From Candidatus Daviesbacteria bacterium (GTDB lineage Bacteria > Patescibacteriota > Microgenomatia > Daviesbacterales > UBA10151): a stretch of DNA of 64,000 nt. The stretch spans positions 7,497 through 71,496 of the forward strand of contig JACOXD010000010.1 of NCBI GenBank assembly GCA_016176465.1, in the 5' to 3' direction. Each line of letters opens with the position of its first letter. Positions within the stretch are counted from its first letter, which is position 1. The notes beneath the pieces were generated by a model. That model saw only the letters and a list, made by a program, of their open reading frames with translations. It did no database searches and had not been told where the DNA came from. Positions 39,283-48,282 of the stretch are shown here, in pieces. The position numbers and the translations under genes were made by a program.

Positions 39283-39304
39283 AAAAAACCTCCCATGAGG
39301 GAGG
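39283..39304 (-). promoter_or_regulatory. CCUCCC-UCAU-GGGAGG hairpin + U6 located 17 nt upstream of DAHP synthase start (minus strand)
   Basis: Read directly; member of the recurring anti-SD/SD hairpin family. Confidence 0.45.
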
Positions 39305-39441
39305 TTTGCTTTTAAAGACTTTTAGTCTTTAAACTACTAACAAACCCCCTCCTTACGGAAGGCAAAATAAGCAAAAAACCACTTATTAACTTGGTTTGTT
39401 TTCATAACTTTAAAAAAGTCTAACAAATACTATATAGCTTG

Positions 39442-41211
39442 TCAAATTTTATAAAAGCCTCTACCTGGTTCTAATATAATTTGATCAACGTTAGCACCAG
39501 GAGGCATAATTGGTAATATCTTTTCATTAGGATCAACCCAGAAATCCAATAAATAAGCATCAGGAGAGGTAAGCATTCTAACAAGACCAGGTTCTACTTC
39601 ATCCCACCTTGTAACTTTTTCCCCTCCAAAACCACGAGACTCTGCAATCTTTACAAAGTCAGGAGGTTTTCTATCGACTGAAGAGCGTTTTCTATCGACT
39701 GAAGAGCGTCTCCCATCCCAAAAATCTTCTTGCCACTGTCTTACCAAACCTAGTCCTCGATTATTAAATAGAGCTATTTTTACAGCTACTCCATGATTAG
39801 CAGCTGTTGTTAATTCTCCCTCTGTCATTTGAAAACCGCCATCTCCTACTATTAAAACTACTTCCTTTTCTGGGTGGGCAATTTTTATTCCAATAGCGGC
39901 TGGTAATCCCCATCCCATGGTTCCTGCTCCTCCGGTTGTAAAAAAACTGTAAGGATCTTCTTGCATTAAATGTTGAAACGCAGCCATTTGATGTTGACCC
40001 ACATCTGCCACAGCTATTGTTTTTCCTTGAGTTAATTTTGAATATATGTGTGTTATTCCTGCCATTGTTAATGGACCTTCAATGGCTATTGCTTTCCTAG
40101 TTACTCTTTCGTATTGGACTCGAGCAAGCTTTCTAAATTCTTCCAGCCATTCCTCATGACTATTTTCTCTCAAAGCTTCTGCTAATGCTTGTAATCCCAG
40201 AAGTGCATCAGCTTGAATTGCTACATCAGCATTAACTACTCGATTGAACTCCTCTAGATTAATATCCATGTGTATGATCTGTGCTTGTTTTGCGTACCCT
40301 GCTACTTTTCCAGTTACTCTATCATCAAATCTCATTCCAACCCCGAGTATAGTTTGTGCCCTATTAGTGTTTATATTTGCTCCTAAGTCACCATGCATAC
40401 CCAGTCCTCCAACATATAAAGAATGATCACTTGGCATACTAGATAACCCCAGTAATGTGGTAGCAACTGGTATTCCTCCTTTTTCAGCAACTGCTTTTAG
40501 AGCTTCAGCAGCTCTGGATCTCGATACTCCTTGACCAGCAAGAATATAAGGCCTTTTAGATTTATTTAACAAATCAGCAGCCCTTTCTATTTGCCCCAGT
40601 GCTTGAGGTGTAAGTTCTGGGCGCATAAAGCCTGGCGCTGGGGAAAATATCTTAAATTCTGCTTTAGCAACCTGCCAATTTCTGGGTATATCAATTAATG
40701 CAGGACCAGGAGCACCATCTTGGGCGACGTGGAAAGCTTGATCCATGATAGCAGGGATTTCTTCCACGTTTTTTATTTGATAGGCCCACTTAGTAAAGGG
40801 GAGAGCTCCAGAAACTATATCTGCTTCTTGGAATGCTCGGGTTCCTTCTACAGTTGAAGCAACATTTCCAGTTATAATTACCATTGGCACATTATCCATT
40901 TGCCCGGTATAAAGACCAGTTAGTGTGTTTGTTGCTCCGGGACCTGATGTAAATAAACCTACACCCACTTCCCCTGTGGCACGAGCGTAACCATCCATTA
41001 TATGTGTACCACCCTGTTCATGAGTTACCTCAATTCGTTCGAAGGGATAATCATATAAGGCATCAAAGGTAGGCATAATTGCCCCTCCCGGAAGAACGGC
41101 AATCTTCTTGACATGATGACGCTCTAATGATCTCATCACTGCTTGACCACCTGTTAACGTTTCTCGCCCAGTGGATGACTGGGCTTCTAATTGTCTCTCT
41201 GCTATTGCCAT
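39442..41211 (-). CDS. Thiamine-pyrophosphate enzyme, acetolactate synthase large-subunit-like
   Basis: TPP motif GDGGFQMT...N, FAD/central domain; start taken at MAIAERQ (ATG 41211) because upstream codons are the hairpin; K-poor, GC-richer than neighbours. Confidence 0.75.
   Translation of the reverse strand: MAIAERQLEAQSSTGRETLTGGQAVMRSLERHHVKKIAVLPGGAIMPTFDALYDYPFERIEVTHEQGGTHIMDGYARATGEVGVGLFTSGPGATNTLTGLYTGQMDNVPMVIITGNVASTVEGTRAFQEADIVSGALPFTKWAYQIKNVEEIPAIMDQAFHVAQDGAPGPALIDIPRNWQVAKAEFKIFSPAPGFMRPELTPQALGQIERAADLLNKSKRPYILAGQGVSRSRAAEALKAVAEKGGIPVATTLLGLSSMPSDHSLYVGGLGMHGDLGANINTNRAQTILGVGMRFDDRVTGKVAGYAKQAQIIHMDINLEEFNRVVNADVAIQADALLGLQALAEALRENSHEEWLEEFRKLARVQYERVTRKAIAIEGPLTMAGITHIYSKLTQGKTIAVADVGQHQMAAFQHLMQEDPYSFFTTGGAGTMGWGLPAAIGIKIAHPEKEVVLIVGDGGFQMTEGELTTAANHGVAVKIALFNNRGLGLVRQWQEDFWDGRRSSVDRKRSSVDRKPPDFVKIAESRGFGGEKVTRWDEVEPGLVRMLTSPDAYLLDFWVDPNEKILPIMPPGANVDQIILEPGRGFYKI
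39667..39708. repeat. Perfect 21-bp tandem duplication (in frame) inside the TPP enzyme gene, encoding RSSVDRK twice
   Basis: TTTTCTATCGACTGAAGAGCG x2 read directly. Confidence 0.9.
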
Positions 41212-41240
41212 AAAAAAACCTCCCATTTGGGAGGCTAAAA
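41212..41240 (-). promoter_or_regulatory. CCUCCC-AAAU-GGGAGG hairpin + U7 immediately followed by ATG of the TPP enzyme (minus strand)
   Basis: Read directly; downstream of mini-ORF 41261-41356. Confidence 0.5.
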
Positions 41241-41260
41241 AAATCCTTTCTCTTTTAGTT

Positions 41261-41356
41261 TTACCTAAAAGCGCCTCCCAACATAAGGGTAATAATAATT
41301 ACCCCAAGAGAGACTAAAATTTCTTCATTTAAATTTATTGTTACTATCTTTATCAT
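41261..41356 (-). CDS. Mini-ORF, 31 aa, Ile/Val/Leu-rich (MIKIVTINLNEEILVSLGVIIITLMLGGAFR); candidate leader peptide or small membrane peptide
   Basis: ORF below track threshold; paralog of 41832-41942 (both end LGG-x-FR); followed by hairpin+U-tract then ALS start. Confidence 0.35.
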   Translation of the reverse strand: MIKIVTINLNEEILVSLGVIIITLMLGGAFR

Positions 41357-41429
41357 ATTTTTGTCTTAATTTAGACTTTTATGAAGTGTTTAATCAGGGG
41401 TGCGAACAGAGCACCCCCATTAAAAACTC

Positions 41430-41717
41430 TTAGCGATTCCCTGATATTCTCTGACGATCTCTAAATGTTCCAAATTTTGTATCCACATATTCTGCATAGA
41501 ATGGATGTCGTCCCTCCGCTATTTCTGGTACTGGCCTTAAACCATTGAAGGAAATACTGCCTGTTGGATTCATAGGTATTGTAGATTTTACTCTAGAACC
41601 CTCAGGTTGATAAAGTACATCTCGTGTTCCAAATACTGCTGTATCCTTACTTACCCTAATAGGTGAAATTCCTTCTCCAACCTGGACTTTGACAGTTTCT
41701 TTATTTCTTCCTTCCAT
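41430..41717 (-). CDS. Hypothetical 95-aa protein (K-poor, Gly/Arg/Pro-rich)
   Basis: ORF with SD AAAGGAGGTG 9 nt upstream; atypical composition for this genome. Confidence 0.45.
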   Translation of the reverse strand: MEGRNKETVKVQVGEGISPIRVSKDTAVFGTRDVLYQPEGSRVKSTIPMNPTGSISFNGLRPVPEIAEGRHPFYAEYVDTKFGTFRDRQRISGNR

Positions 41718-41786
41718 TTTTTAACACCTCCTTTCTAATTTTTAGACTAAGCAAAGCTTTCCTTTTGCTTCTCAAAACGTAAAAAA

Positions 41787-41802
41787 CCTCCCCGTAGGGA
41801 GG
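41787..41802 (-). terminator. CCUCCC-UACG-GGGAGG hairpin + U-tract on minus strand, after mini-ORF 41832-41942
   Basis: Read directly. Confidence 0.5.
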
Positions 41803-41831
41803 CTAAATTCTTTCTTTAGGTTTATTTAAAT

Positions 41832-41942
41832 TTACCTAAAAAGACCTCCCAAGATAAATCCTCCAACAAGGAGGACCTCAAGTAGGAGGCCAAGAACTAA
41901 AACTAACTGTGTTTTTGAATCAATTGCTAAAACTTTACTCAT
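41832..41942 (-). CDS. Mini-ORF, 36 aa, Leu/Val-rich (MSKVLAIDSKTQLVLVLGLLLEVLLVGGFILGGLFR)
   Basis: Paralog of 41261-41356; preceded by promoter/operator at 41967-41995. Confidence 0.35.
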   Translation of the reverse strand: MSKVLAIDSKTQLVLVLGLLLEVLLVGGFILGGLFR

Positions 41943-41966
41943 AACTATTCTAAATATTTTAATATT

Positions 41967-41995
41967 TATGCCTGCTATTGTCAAGCTAGGCATAA
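41967..41995. promoter_or_regulatory. Divergent promoter region with 10/11-bp palindrome TTATGCCTaGC-N7-GCaGGCATAA overlapping a TTGACA-17-TAAAAT promoter (minus strand)
   Basis: Read directly; likely operator. Confidence 0.45.
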
Positions 41996-42044
41996 AACTG
42001 GTACTATTCCTTCATGGAAAGAACACTAGTTTTATTGTGGCTGG

Positions 42045-43370
42045 GTGCAAACAAGGCGTGATCATGGCAAGATTGCCTTTTTAGATATTAGGGATAGATC
42101 TGGGATTATTCAGGCTGTGGCAACTGGTGAGAAGTTAGGAAATTTAGGGACTGAGGATGTAGTGGAGGTAGAAGGAAAAGTAGTTGAGCGAGGGGAAAAA
42201 AATATTAACGATAAAATCCCAACAGGCAAAATTGAGTTACAAGTTGAAAAACTAACTATTATCTCTAAAGCAACTGAGTTGCCGCTACCAATAGATAGCG
42301 ATGGCCATGATATTTCTGAAGAGACTCGTTTAAAATATCGCTATTTGGATTTACGGCGCCCGAGAATGACTAAAAATTTAAGGATTCGCTCCAAAGTGGT
42401 TAACTTTATTAGAAACTATTTATTTAATGAGGATTTTGTAGAGATTGAAACCCCAATTTTAACTAAAACCACCCCTGAGGGGGCAAGAGATTTTATTGTT
42501 CCATCCAGGTTACAAAAAGGAAAATTTTACGCACTTCCTCAATCTCCTCAACAATATAAACAGCTCTTAATGGTTTCTGGTTTTGAGAGGTATTTCCAGA
42601 TAGCCAGATGTTTTAGGGATGAAGATCCAAGAAAAGATCGAGCTTATGGTGAGTTTACTCAACTTGATTTAGAGATGTCTTTTGTTACTCAGGAAGATAT
42701 TTTAGAGCTTACTGAAAAAATGTTTACCCAGCTAGTCTCTGAATTATTTCCTGAAAAGCATATTACAAAATCTCCCTGGCCTAGACTTTCTCATAAGGAA
42801 GTAATTGAAAAATATGGAACTGATAAGCCTGACTTAAGAGTTAACAAAAATGACCCAAATGAACTAGCTTTTTCTTGGACAATTGATTTCCCACTATTTA
42901 GCGAACAATCTGAAGAGGATTTTTATCATGGCTCAGGAAGTGCAAAATATGCTCCTTCCCATCATATGTTTACATCTCCTCATCCAGATGATCTTGCCCT
43001 TTTGGATACTGAGCCTTCCAAAGTAAGGGGTTTGCAGCATGATTTAGTGTTAAATGGATTTGAAGTTGGGGGAGGAAGTATTAGAATTCACCAAAGCGAA
43101 ATCCAGGAAAAGATTTTTGGTTTGATTGGATTTTCAAAAGAGCAAAAGAAACAATTTAGCCATATGCTAACTTCTTTTGAATATGGTGTCCCGCCTCACG
43201 GTGGGATTGCTCCTGGAATTGATAGATTTTTAATGGCATTACTTGGGGAACCAAGCGTAAGGGAGGTAATCGCTTTTCCAGCAACTTCTTCAGGTCAAAT
43301 AGCTGTTATGGATGCTCCATCAAAGGTTGACCCGAAACAGTTAAAGGAACTAGGAATATCTCTTAAATAG
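42045..43370 (+). CDS. aspS: Aspartyl-tRNA synthetase, compact form lacking GAD domain; N-terminal ~25 aa of OB fold absent
   Basis: Class II motifs (FRDE, HHMFTSP, GGGSIRIH, GIDR); GTG start; in-frame TAG at 42027 precludes longer N-terminus. Confidence 0.8.
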   Translation: MQTRRDHGKIAFLDIRDRSGIIQAVATGEKLGNLGTEDVVEVEGKVVERGEKNINDKIPTGKIELQVEKLTIISKATELPLPIDSDGHDISEETRLKYRYLDLRRPRMTKNLRIRSKVVNFIRNYLFNEDFVEIETPILTKTTPEGARDFIVPSRLQKGKFYALPQSPQQYKQLLMVSGFERYFQIARCFRDEDPRKDRAYGEFTQLDLEMSFVTQEDILELTEKMFTQLVSELFPEKHITKSPWPRLSHKEVIEKYGTDKPDLRVNKNDPNELAFSWTIDFPLFSEQSEEDFYHGSGSAKYAPSHHMFTSPHPDDLALLDTEPSKVRGLQHDLVLNGFEVGGGSIRIHQSEIQEKIFGLIGFSKEQKKQFSHMLTSFEYGVPPHGGIAPGIDRFLMALLGEPSVREVIAFPATSSGQIAVMDAPSKVDPKQLKELGISLK

Positions 43371-43381
43371 TTCTATATAAT

Positions 43382-44371
43382 ATGCCCAAGAAGAAAAAGA
43401 ATCGTTTTCTACAAAGATACTGGGAAAAACTTTTCTATTTTAAATTAATTACTTTTTTATTATTTATTTTTTTCCTAACCAGCGGCGCGTTACTACTACT
43501 TCCTAATTATTTAAATCAAGCTCAAGGGGAAATTACTTCGCTTTCTTCCACTAAAGTTTTATCCTACAATATCGCCCCGGAAAAAAATGAGCCAACAAAG
43601 AAATTAGAAGATAAAATAATTGAAGGTGAGCTCTCGCCACCTATTTTAACAGCAGAGGCTGTATTGGCGCTAGATTTACTAACAGGTCAGACACTTTATC
43701 AAAAAAACATCCATAAACGCCTTCCTCCTGCCTCAACTACAAAATTAATGACTGCCTTGGTGGCAATTGAGCACTACAAAAATCCTGACATTTTAACAGT
43801 TTATCCTGAGGCAATAGTTGGTGGGGCTGATATGGGGTTAAACCCGGGTGAGGTCTTAAGTTTTAGGAGCTTACTTTACGGTATGCTTTTAAATTCAGGT
43901 AATGATGCCTCTTTTACTATTGCTTTAAATTATCCAGGAGGGTTACCGATGTTTGTCATGCATATGAATAAAAAGGCCAAAAGTTTAGAACTTATTAATA
44001 CTAACTTTGATAATCCAGCTGGGTTTGATTCCCCAAATCACTATTCATCTGCATATGATTTATCTTTAATTGCCAAGGAAGCTATTGCCAATCCGCAAAT
44101 TTCCCGAGTTGTTGCTACAAAAGAAACAACAGTTACTTCAACAGATAGTAGCAAGCTACACATTTTGAAAAATTTAAATGCCTTACTAAGTGAGGGATTC
44201 TTGGGTATAAAAACAGGCTATACTGAAAATGCAGGAGAGAATTTTGTGGGTCTTTTTGAAAAAGACACTCATCGGATTTTAACAGTTGTATTAAATAGCA
44301 AAGATCGGTTTGGGGAGACTAAAAAATTGACCAATTGGATTTTTCAAAATTTTACATTCATAAAAATTTAA
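43382..44371 (+). CDS. D-alanyl-D-alanine carboxypeptidase (S11 family, PBP5-like)
   Basis: SxxK ASTTK, SGN LNSGND, KTG motifs; N-terminal TM. Confidence 0.8.
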   Translation: MPKKKKNRFLQRYWEKLFYFKLITFLLFIFFLTSGALLLLPNYLNQAQGEITSLSSTKVLSYNIAPEKNEPTKKLEDKIIEGELSPPILTAEAVLALDLLTGQTLYQKNIHKRLPPASTTKLMTALVAIEHYKNPDILTVYPEAIVGGADMGLNPGEVLSFRSLLYGMLLNSGNDASFTIALNYPGGLPMFVMHMNKKAKSLELINTNFDNPAGFDSPNHYSSAYDLSLIAKEAIANPQISRVVATKETTVTSTDSSKLHILKNLNALLSEGFLGIKTGYTENAGENFVGLFEKDTHRILTVVLNSKDRFGETKKLTNWIFQNFTFIKI

Positions 44372-45480
44372 CGGGCTAGCGAGTCTTTTCTAATAGCCCC
44401 CACATAGCCAACATAATTTTCCCCCTCAAATACATAAATGGGTTGAATATAGGGAAGATACTCAAAACTTACTAAATATGCTAAGTAAATTTTACGCAAA
44501 GAAACATTAGGAGTTTGTGGATCAATAACAACAACGCCTTCCCCTCCTTTTAGTTCTTCAAAAGCTTCCGTAACAGCTTTTACGGGATAAGTTCCAAAAC
44601 CACCTTCGTTTTCATCAATGGGCCAGAAAGTGAAGTCAAAGTTTAAATAAATATATTTTTCTTCGCTATATTTAGAAACACTTGCTTTAATTAAACCGGT
44701 ACTAAATTGGGGTGTTACAATAACGTATTGATCAAGGTCTTTTGGCCAAACTGTGACGATTGCTGATTCAGAGTCTGCAATATTTTGGCCACCATATATA
44801 ACCTCGCCTCTTCCAGTCCTTAAAGACTCATTAAGCAACCCCTTTTCATTTAAGAATCCCTTAAAATTTTCGATTATTTTTTCTCTTGTCGCTAGAGTTT
44901 CTAATCGGGGAATATCCAAAGTATTTGCCAAATTCCTAAAAAAACTAAAATTTCCATTTTCTAAGTTGATAGTTATTTCACTACCTAATTCATCATTGAA
45001 TTTATGCAACGTTGGATTGATTACCTCCGGGCCTAAAGGAAAACCTAAATTTTCTGCCAACTCTTTTGCAGCAGATGAGGAGCGTAAATTAACACTCAAG
45101 GGAGTTGAGAGATAAACCTTCATTAACTTAGGGATATTGGTGGGCAGGTTGCCTGTTTCAGTGTCAAGTGAATAAGAAAAGTTTGATGAGGAAACGCTAG
45201 ATTCTGGAAGAGCAGGTGGAGAAAGAGGGCCAAACTTATAATCAGGTAGAATTTCAACCGGTGGTAAATTAGGCAAGTAGATATTGTAATAGTAAAAACG
45301 ATAACTTAGCCAAATTGTTAGGGATACAACAATAAAGATGGATGAAAAAAGCAAAACTTTTTTGGTTATTTTGGCGGCCTCAGTTAAAGTCATATTTTCT
45401 TTGGACGAAATCGGACTTACTTTGACTGTTCTTGTTGTCTCTACTGCCGATTTGTCCAATCCAAACAAAGATTTATTCAA
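44368..45480 (-). CDS. Hypothetical membrane-anchored extracytoplasmic protein
   Basis: ORF, single N-terminal TM. Confidence 0.4.
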   Translation of the reverse strand: MNKSLFGLDKSAVETTRTVKVSPISSKENMTLTEAAKITKKVLLFSSIFIVVSLTIWLSYRFYYYNIYLPNLPPVEILPDYKFGPLSPPALPESSVSSSNFSYSLDTETGNLPTNIPKLMKVYLSTPLSVNLRSSSAAKELAENLGFPLGPEVINPTLHKFNDELGSEITINLENGNFSFFRNLANTLDIPRLETLATREKIIENFKGFLNEKGLLNESLRTGRGEVIYGGQNIADSESAIVTVWPKDLDQYVIVTPQFSTGLIKASVSKYSEEKYIYLNFDFTFWPIDENEGGFGTYPVKAVTEAFEELKGGEGVVVIDPQTPNVSLRKIYLAYLVSFEYLPYIQPIYVFEGENYVGYVGAIRKDSLAR

Positions 45481-45533
45481 ATAGAGACTAATTTAAATTA
45501 TACAGTAACAGATCTGGCTGCTATAATAACCTC

Positions 45534-47009
45534 ATGAAAAATGTTCGGGTTCGTATAGCTCCCTCACCAACTGGTTACCCTCATATTGGCACAATTTATC
45601 AAGCAATGTTTGATTTTGTTTTTGCTAAAAAATATGGTGGTAAATTTATTGTCAGGATTGAGGATACAGATAGAAATAGGTTTGTAGAAAAAGCAGAAGA
45701 AATAATTTTTAACTCCCTTGATTGGTTTGGACTTAAATCGGATGAAAACCCCAAAATAGGTGGACCTTATGCTCCCTATCGGCAATCAGAAAGGTTAGAC
45801 ATTTATAAAAAATATGCCTTTGAATTAGTAGAAAAAGGGCATGCCTACTATTGTTTTTGCACTAAAGAAAGATTAGAAAAAATGCGAGGAGATCAGGAGA
45901 CAAAAAAATTACCTCCCATGTATGATAAAACATGCTTGAATTTAAACAAAGACCAAGTGGAGGAAAATTTAAAAAATAATATACCTTATGTTATTAGGAT
46001 GAAGGTTCCGGAAAATAGGAAGGTAGTAGTTTTAGATACTTTAGCTGGGGAGATAGGGTTTAACAGTAGTCAAATTGATCATCAAGTAATTTTAAAATCA
46101 GATGGTTTTCCTACCTATCATTTAGCGGTTGTTGTTGATGATTATTTAATGAAGGTAACCCATGTATTTAGGGGTAAAGAATGGCTTCCATCAACACCTA
46201 AACATATATTACTTTATGAGTTTTTAGGTTGGGAAGACTCAATTCCCACCTTTATTCACTTGCCTGTCATTTTAAATGCAGATGGTAAAGGCAAGCTCTC
46301 AAAAAGGCTTAAGACTGCATCTGTTGATTACTATAAAAATATGGGATTTTTGCCCGAAGCAATTTTAAATTATTTAGCAAATATAGTTTGGAATCACCCA
46401 GAAGGTAAGGAAATTTATCCTTTAATGGATTTAGGTTTAGCTTTCCACGAGGATCCTTTTAGAGTAGATGTTACATCATCTGGTCCAAGGTTTGATTTAA
46501 CTAAATTGGAGTGGATGAATGGGGAGTATTTAAGAAAGATGGATGATGAAAGTTTAAGTAAAAGGTTAATGGAATTTTTAGGAAGTAAATATGAAGGGGA
46601 AGTTGTAAAAAAGTTAGTACCGTTAACTAAAGAAAGAATTAAAAAATTCGCAGATTTCATTCCTTTAACTTCTTTTATTTTTGAGGAGCCAAAATATGAT
46701 ATGGAAGTGTTAAACAAAGTAAAAATAGAAAGCCCCAAAGAGATTTTGGAGGAAGTTATTAAGACTTTAGATAGTTTGGGAAAGCCCTGGAAGGTAGATG
46801 CTTTTGAAAAGACTTTTAGGCAGTTAGCTGAAAAACTTGAAATTAAAGTTGGGGATTTTTTTCAACTTTTTAGGTTTGCTATATCTGGTAAATTAGTTAC
46901 TCCTCCACTTTTTGAGTCCATTCAAATATTAGGTGAAAAAGAAACTATTGATAGGATTAAAAAACTTGTAGTAATATCTAATAGGATTGGAGGTGAAACA
47001 AATGGCTAA
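45534..47009 (+). CDS. gltX: Glutamyl-tRNA synthetase
   Basis: HIGH-type PHIGT and KMSKS-type KLSKR motifs. Confidence 0.9.
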   Translation: MKNVRVRIAPSPTGYPHIGTIYQAMFDFVFAKKYGGKFIVRIEDTDRNRFVEKAEEIIFNSLDWFGLKSDENPKIGGPYAPYRQSERLDIYKKYAFELVEKGHAYYCFCTKERLEKMRGDQETKKLPPMYDKTCLNLNKDQVEENLKNNIPYVIRMKVPENRKVVVLDTLAGEIGFNSSQIDHQVILKSDGFPTYHLAVVVDDYLMKVTHVFRGKEWLPSTPKHILLYEFLGWEDSIPTFIHLPVILNADGKGKLSKRLKTASVDYYKNMGFLPEAILNYLANIVWNHPEGKEIYPLMDLGLAFHEDPFRVDVTSSGPRFDLTKLEWMNGEYLRKMDDESLSKRLMEFLGSKYEGEVVKKLVPLTKERIKKFADFIPLTSFIFEEPKYDMEVLNKVKIESPKEILEEVIKTLDSLGKPWKVDAFEKTFRQLAEKLEIKVGDFFQLFRFAISGKLVTPPLFESIQILGEKETIDRIKKLVVISNRIGGETNG

Positions 47010-47244
47010 AAGAAATTTTGGAAGAATTGCTGCTATTGGTGCAGCAGGAATTGTTTTAGCAGGAGCAGCATCTGCAGCAGCAGCTGTTTTAGCAAATAAA
47101 AAATTAAGAGATGCGTTTGGTAAAAAAACAACTGAGGCTTTAAAAACAGTTTCTGATTTGGCAAACAATATCCAAGTCAGTGTGGGTGGAGAAGAAAAAA
47201 AGAGTCCCAAGAAAAAGGCATCCAGAAAAAAAGTTAAGAAGTAG
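47002..47244 (+). CDS. Hypothetical small protein (Ala-rich helix, basic C-terminus)
   Basis: ATG at 47002 with SD GGAGGTGA; ORF-track start 46987 less likely. Confidence 0.4.
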   Translation: MAKRNFGRIAAIGAAGIVLAGAASAAAAVLANKKLRDAFGKKTTEALKTVSDLANNIQVSVGGEEKKSPKKKASRKKVKK

Positions 47245-47249
47245 CTTTT

Positions 47250-47597
47250 TTATGAAATAGGCTCTTTGTGCGAAGTAAGGTTATTTATTTTTGCTGCCAG
47301 AATAAAATCATTTTCATGGAGTCCTTTAATAAAGTGAGTGGTTAAGGTAATGGTTACTTTATTGTAGGCAATAAAAATGTTTGGGTGATGTTCCTCTTCC
47401 TCCGCTAAATTAGCTACCTTATTTACAAATTCCATTGCCTCTTTAAAATCTTTAAACTCAAATTTCTTTTTAATTTTTAAATTTTCTTCTGTTTCCCAAT
47501 CTTTTACTTTTTGTAGCATCTCCATTACTTTTTCAGGCGCCATTGGCGGAACCCAACTTTCACAAGGAACACATTTTTTAGAAGTTAGATCGTCCAT
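47250..47597 (-). CDS. Pterin-4-alpha-carbinolamine dehydratase (PCD/DCoH)
   Basis: EEEHHPNI...Y.KV.I.L.TH...GL...DF motif. Confidence 0.75.
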   Translation of the reverse strand: MDDLTSKKCVPCESWVPPMAPEKVMEMLQKVKDWETEENLKIKKKFEFKDFKEAMEFVNKVANLAEEEEHHPNIFIAYNKVTITLTTHFIKGLHENDFILAAKINNLTSHKEPIS

Positions 47598-47647
47598 GGT
47601 ATTAGTTTATTAATATTCTTTAAAATGTTTACTAAAATGATTATGAC

Positions 47648-47671
47648 ATGACGAAAATTTCTGCATTAGCA
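47648..47671. repeat. 24-bp direct repeat copy 1 (ATGACGAAAATTTCTGCATTAGCA), upstream of PCD gene
   Basis: 22/24 identical to copy at 48283-48306. Confidence 0.55.
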
Positions 47672-47681
47672 AAAAAATTAG

Positions 47682-48236
47682 TCAAATACCAAAATACCTT
47701 TTATAAACAGATTCTGCCTCCAGTTCTTTTATAGTTAATAATGTTACATTATTACCCAGGTTGTAAAATTTCTTTAATAACTCTATTTCCTCTTTGCAAG
47801 GGTAAGGAATTAACCATAAACTTTTTTGCAAATTATAAAACTGCATCTTTTTAAGAAGCGACCTAAAAGCTTCTGCTTGGCTTTTCTTCCCCTTAGGAAT
47901 ATCATAAGCCACTAATCTCCATTTCCCATCCCATTTTCTTTTCTCTATTTTAGGGTTATTTAAATTTAGCTTGAATAGTTTATTGCTCCCCGTACTGGTT
48001 AGTTTATAGACAATATCTCCATCCTGGTCGATTTTTTCTACTATTCCGGATTTTTGTAACCTATTTAGCTCAAATTTGAGTCTTCGCTTATCAAAATGAC
48101 CCCAAGTTTTATATTGTTTTCTGAGCAAAGGGGACAAAACAACTGGAAGTCCAGGCATTAACAAACTGAGAGCTACAAATCCCGTAATCCCAAGCAAAGT
48201 TAAAACTTCTTTGGTATAAGGATAAGATTTAATCAT
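47682..48236 (-). CDS. PaaX-like regulator family protein (wHTH + PaaX_C/Cas2-like domain) with N-terminal hydrophobic segment
   Basis: W.G.WRLVAYDIP......R..L...L.....SLW pattern; flanked by 24-bp direct repeats. Confidence 0.5.
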   Translation of the reverse strand: MIKSYPYTKEVLTLLGITGFVALSLLMPGLPVVLSPLLRKQYKTWGHFDKRRLKFELNRLQKSGIVEKIDQDGDIVYKLTSTGSNKLFKLNLNNPKIEKRKWDGKWRLVAYDIPKGKKSQAEAFRSLLKKMQFYNLQKSLWLIPYPCKEEIELLKKFYNLGNNVTLLTIKELEAESVYKRYFGI

Positions 48237-48282
48237 TAGTTTAAATATAACTTTATTTTCAAAGTATTAAATAACGTATCAA

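Noticed and set aside
47682-48236. Possible Cas2 (CRISPR) protein
   Set aside because: The Cas2-like pattern is shared with the PaaX C-terminal domain. No CRISPR array (no run of 3 or more evenly spaced direct repeats) and no other cas genes anywhere in the window.
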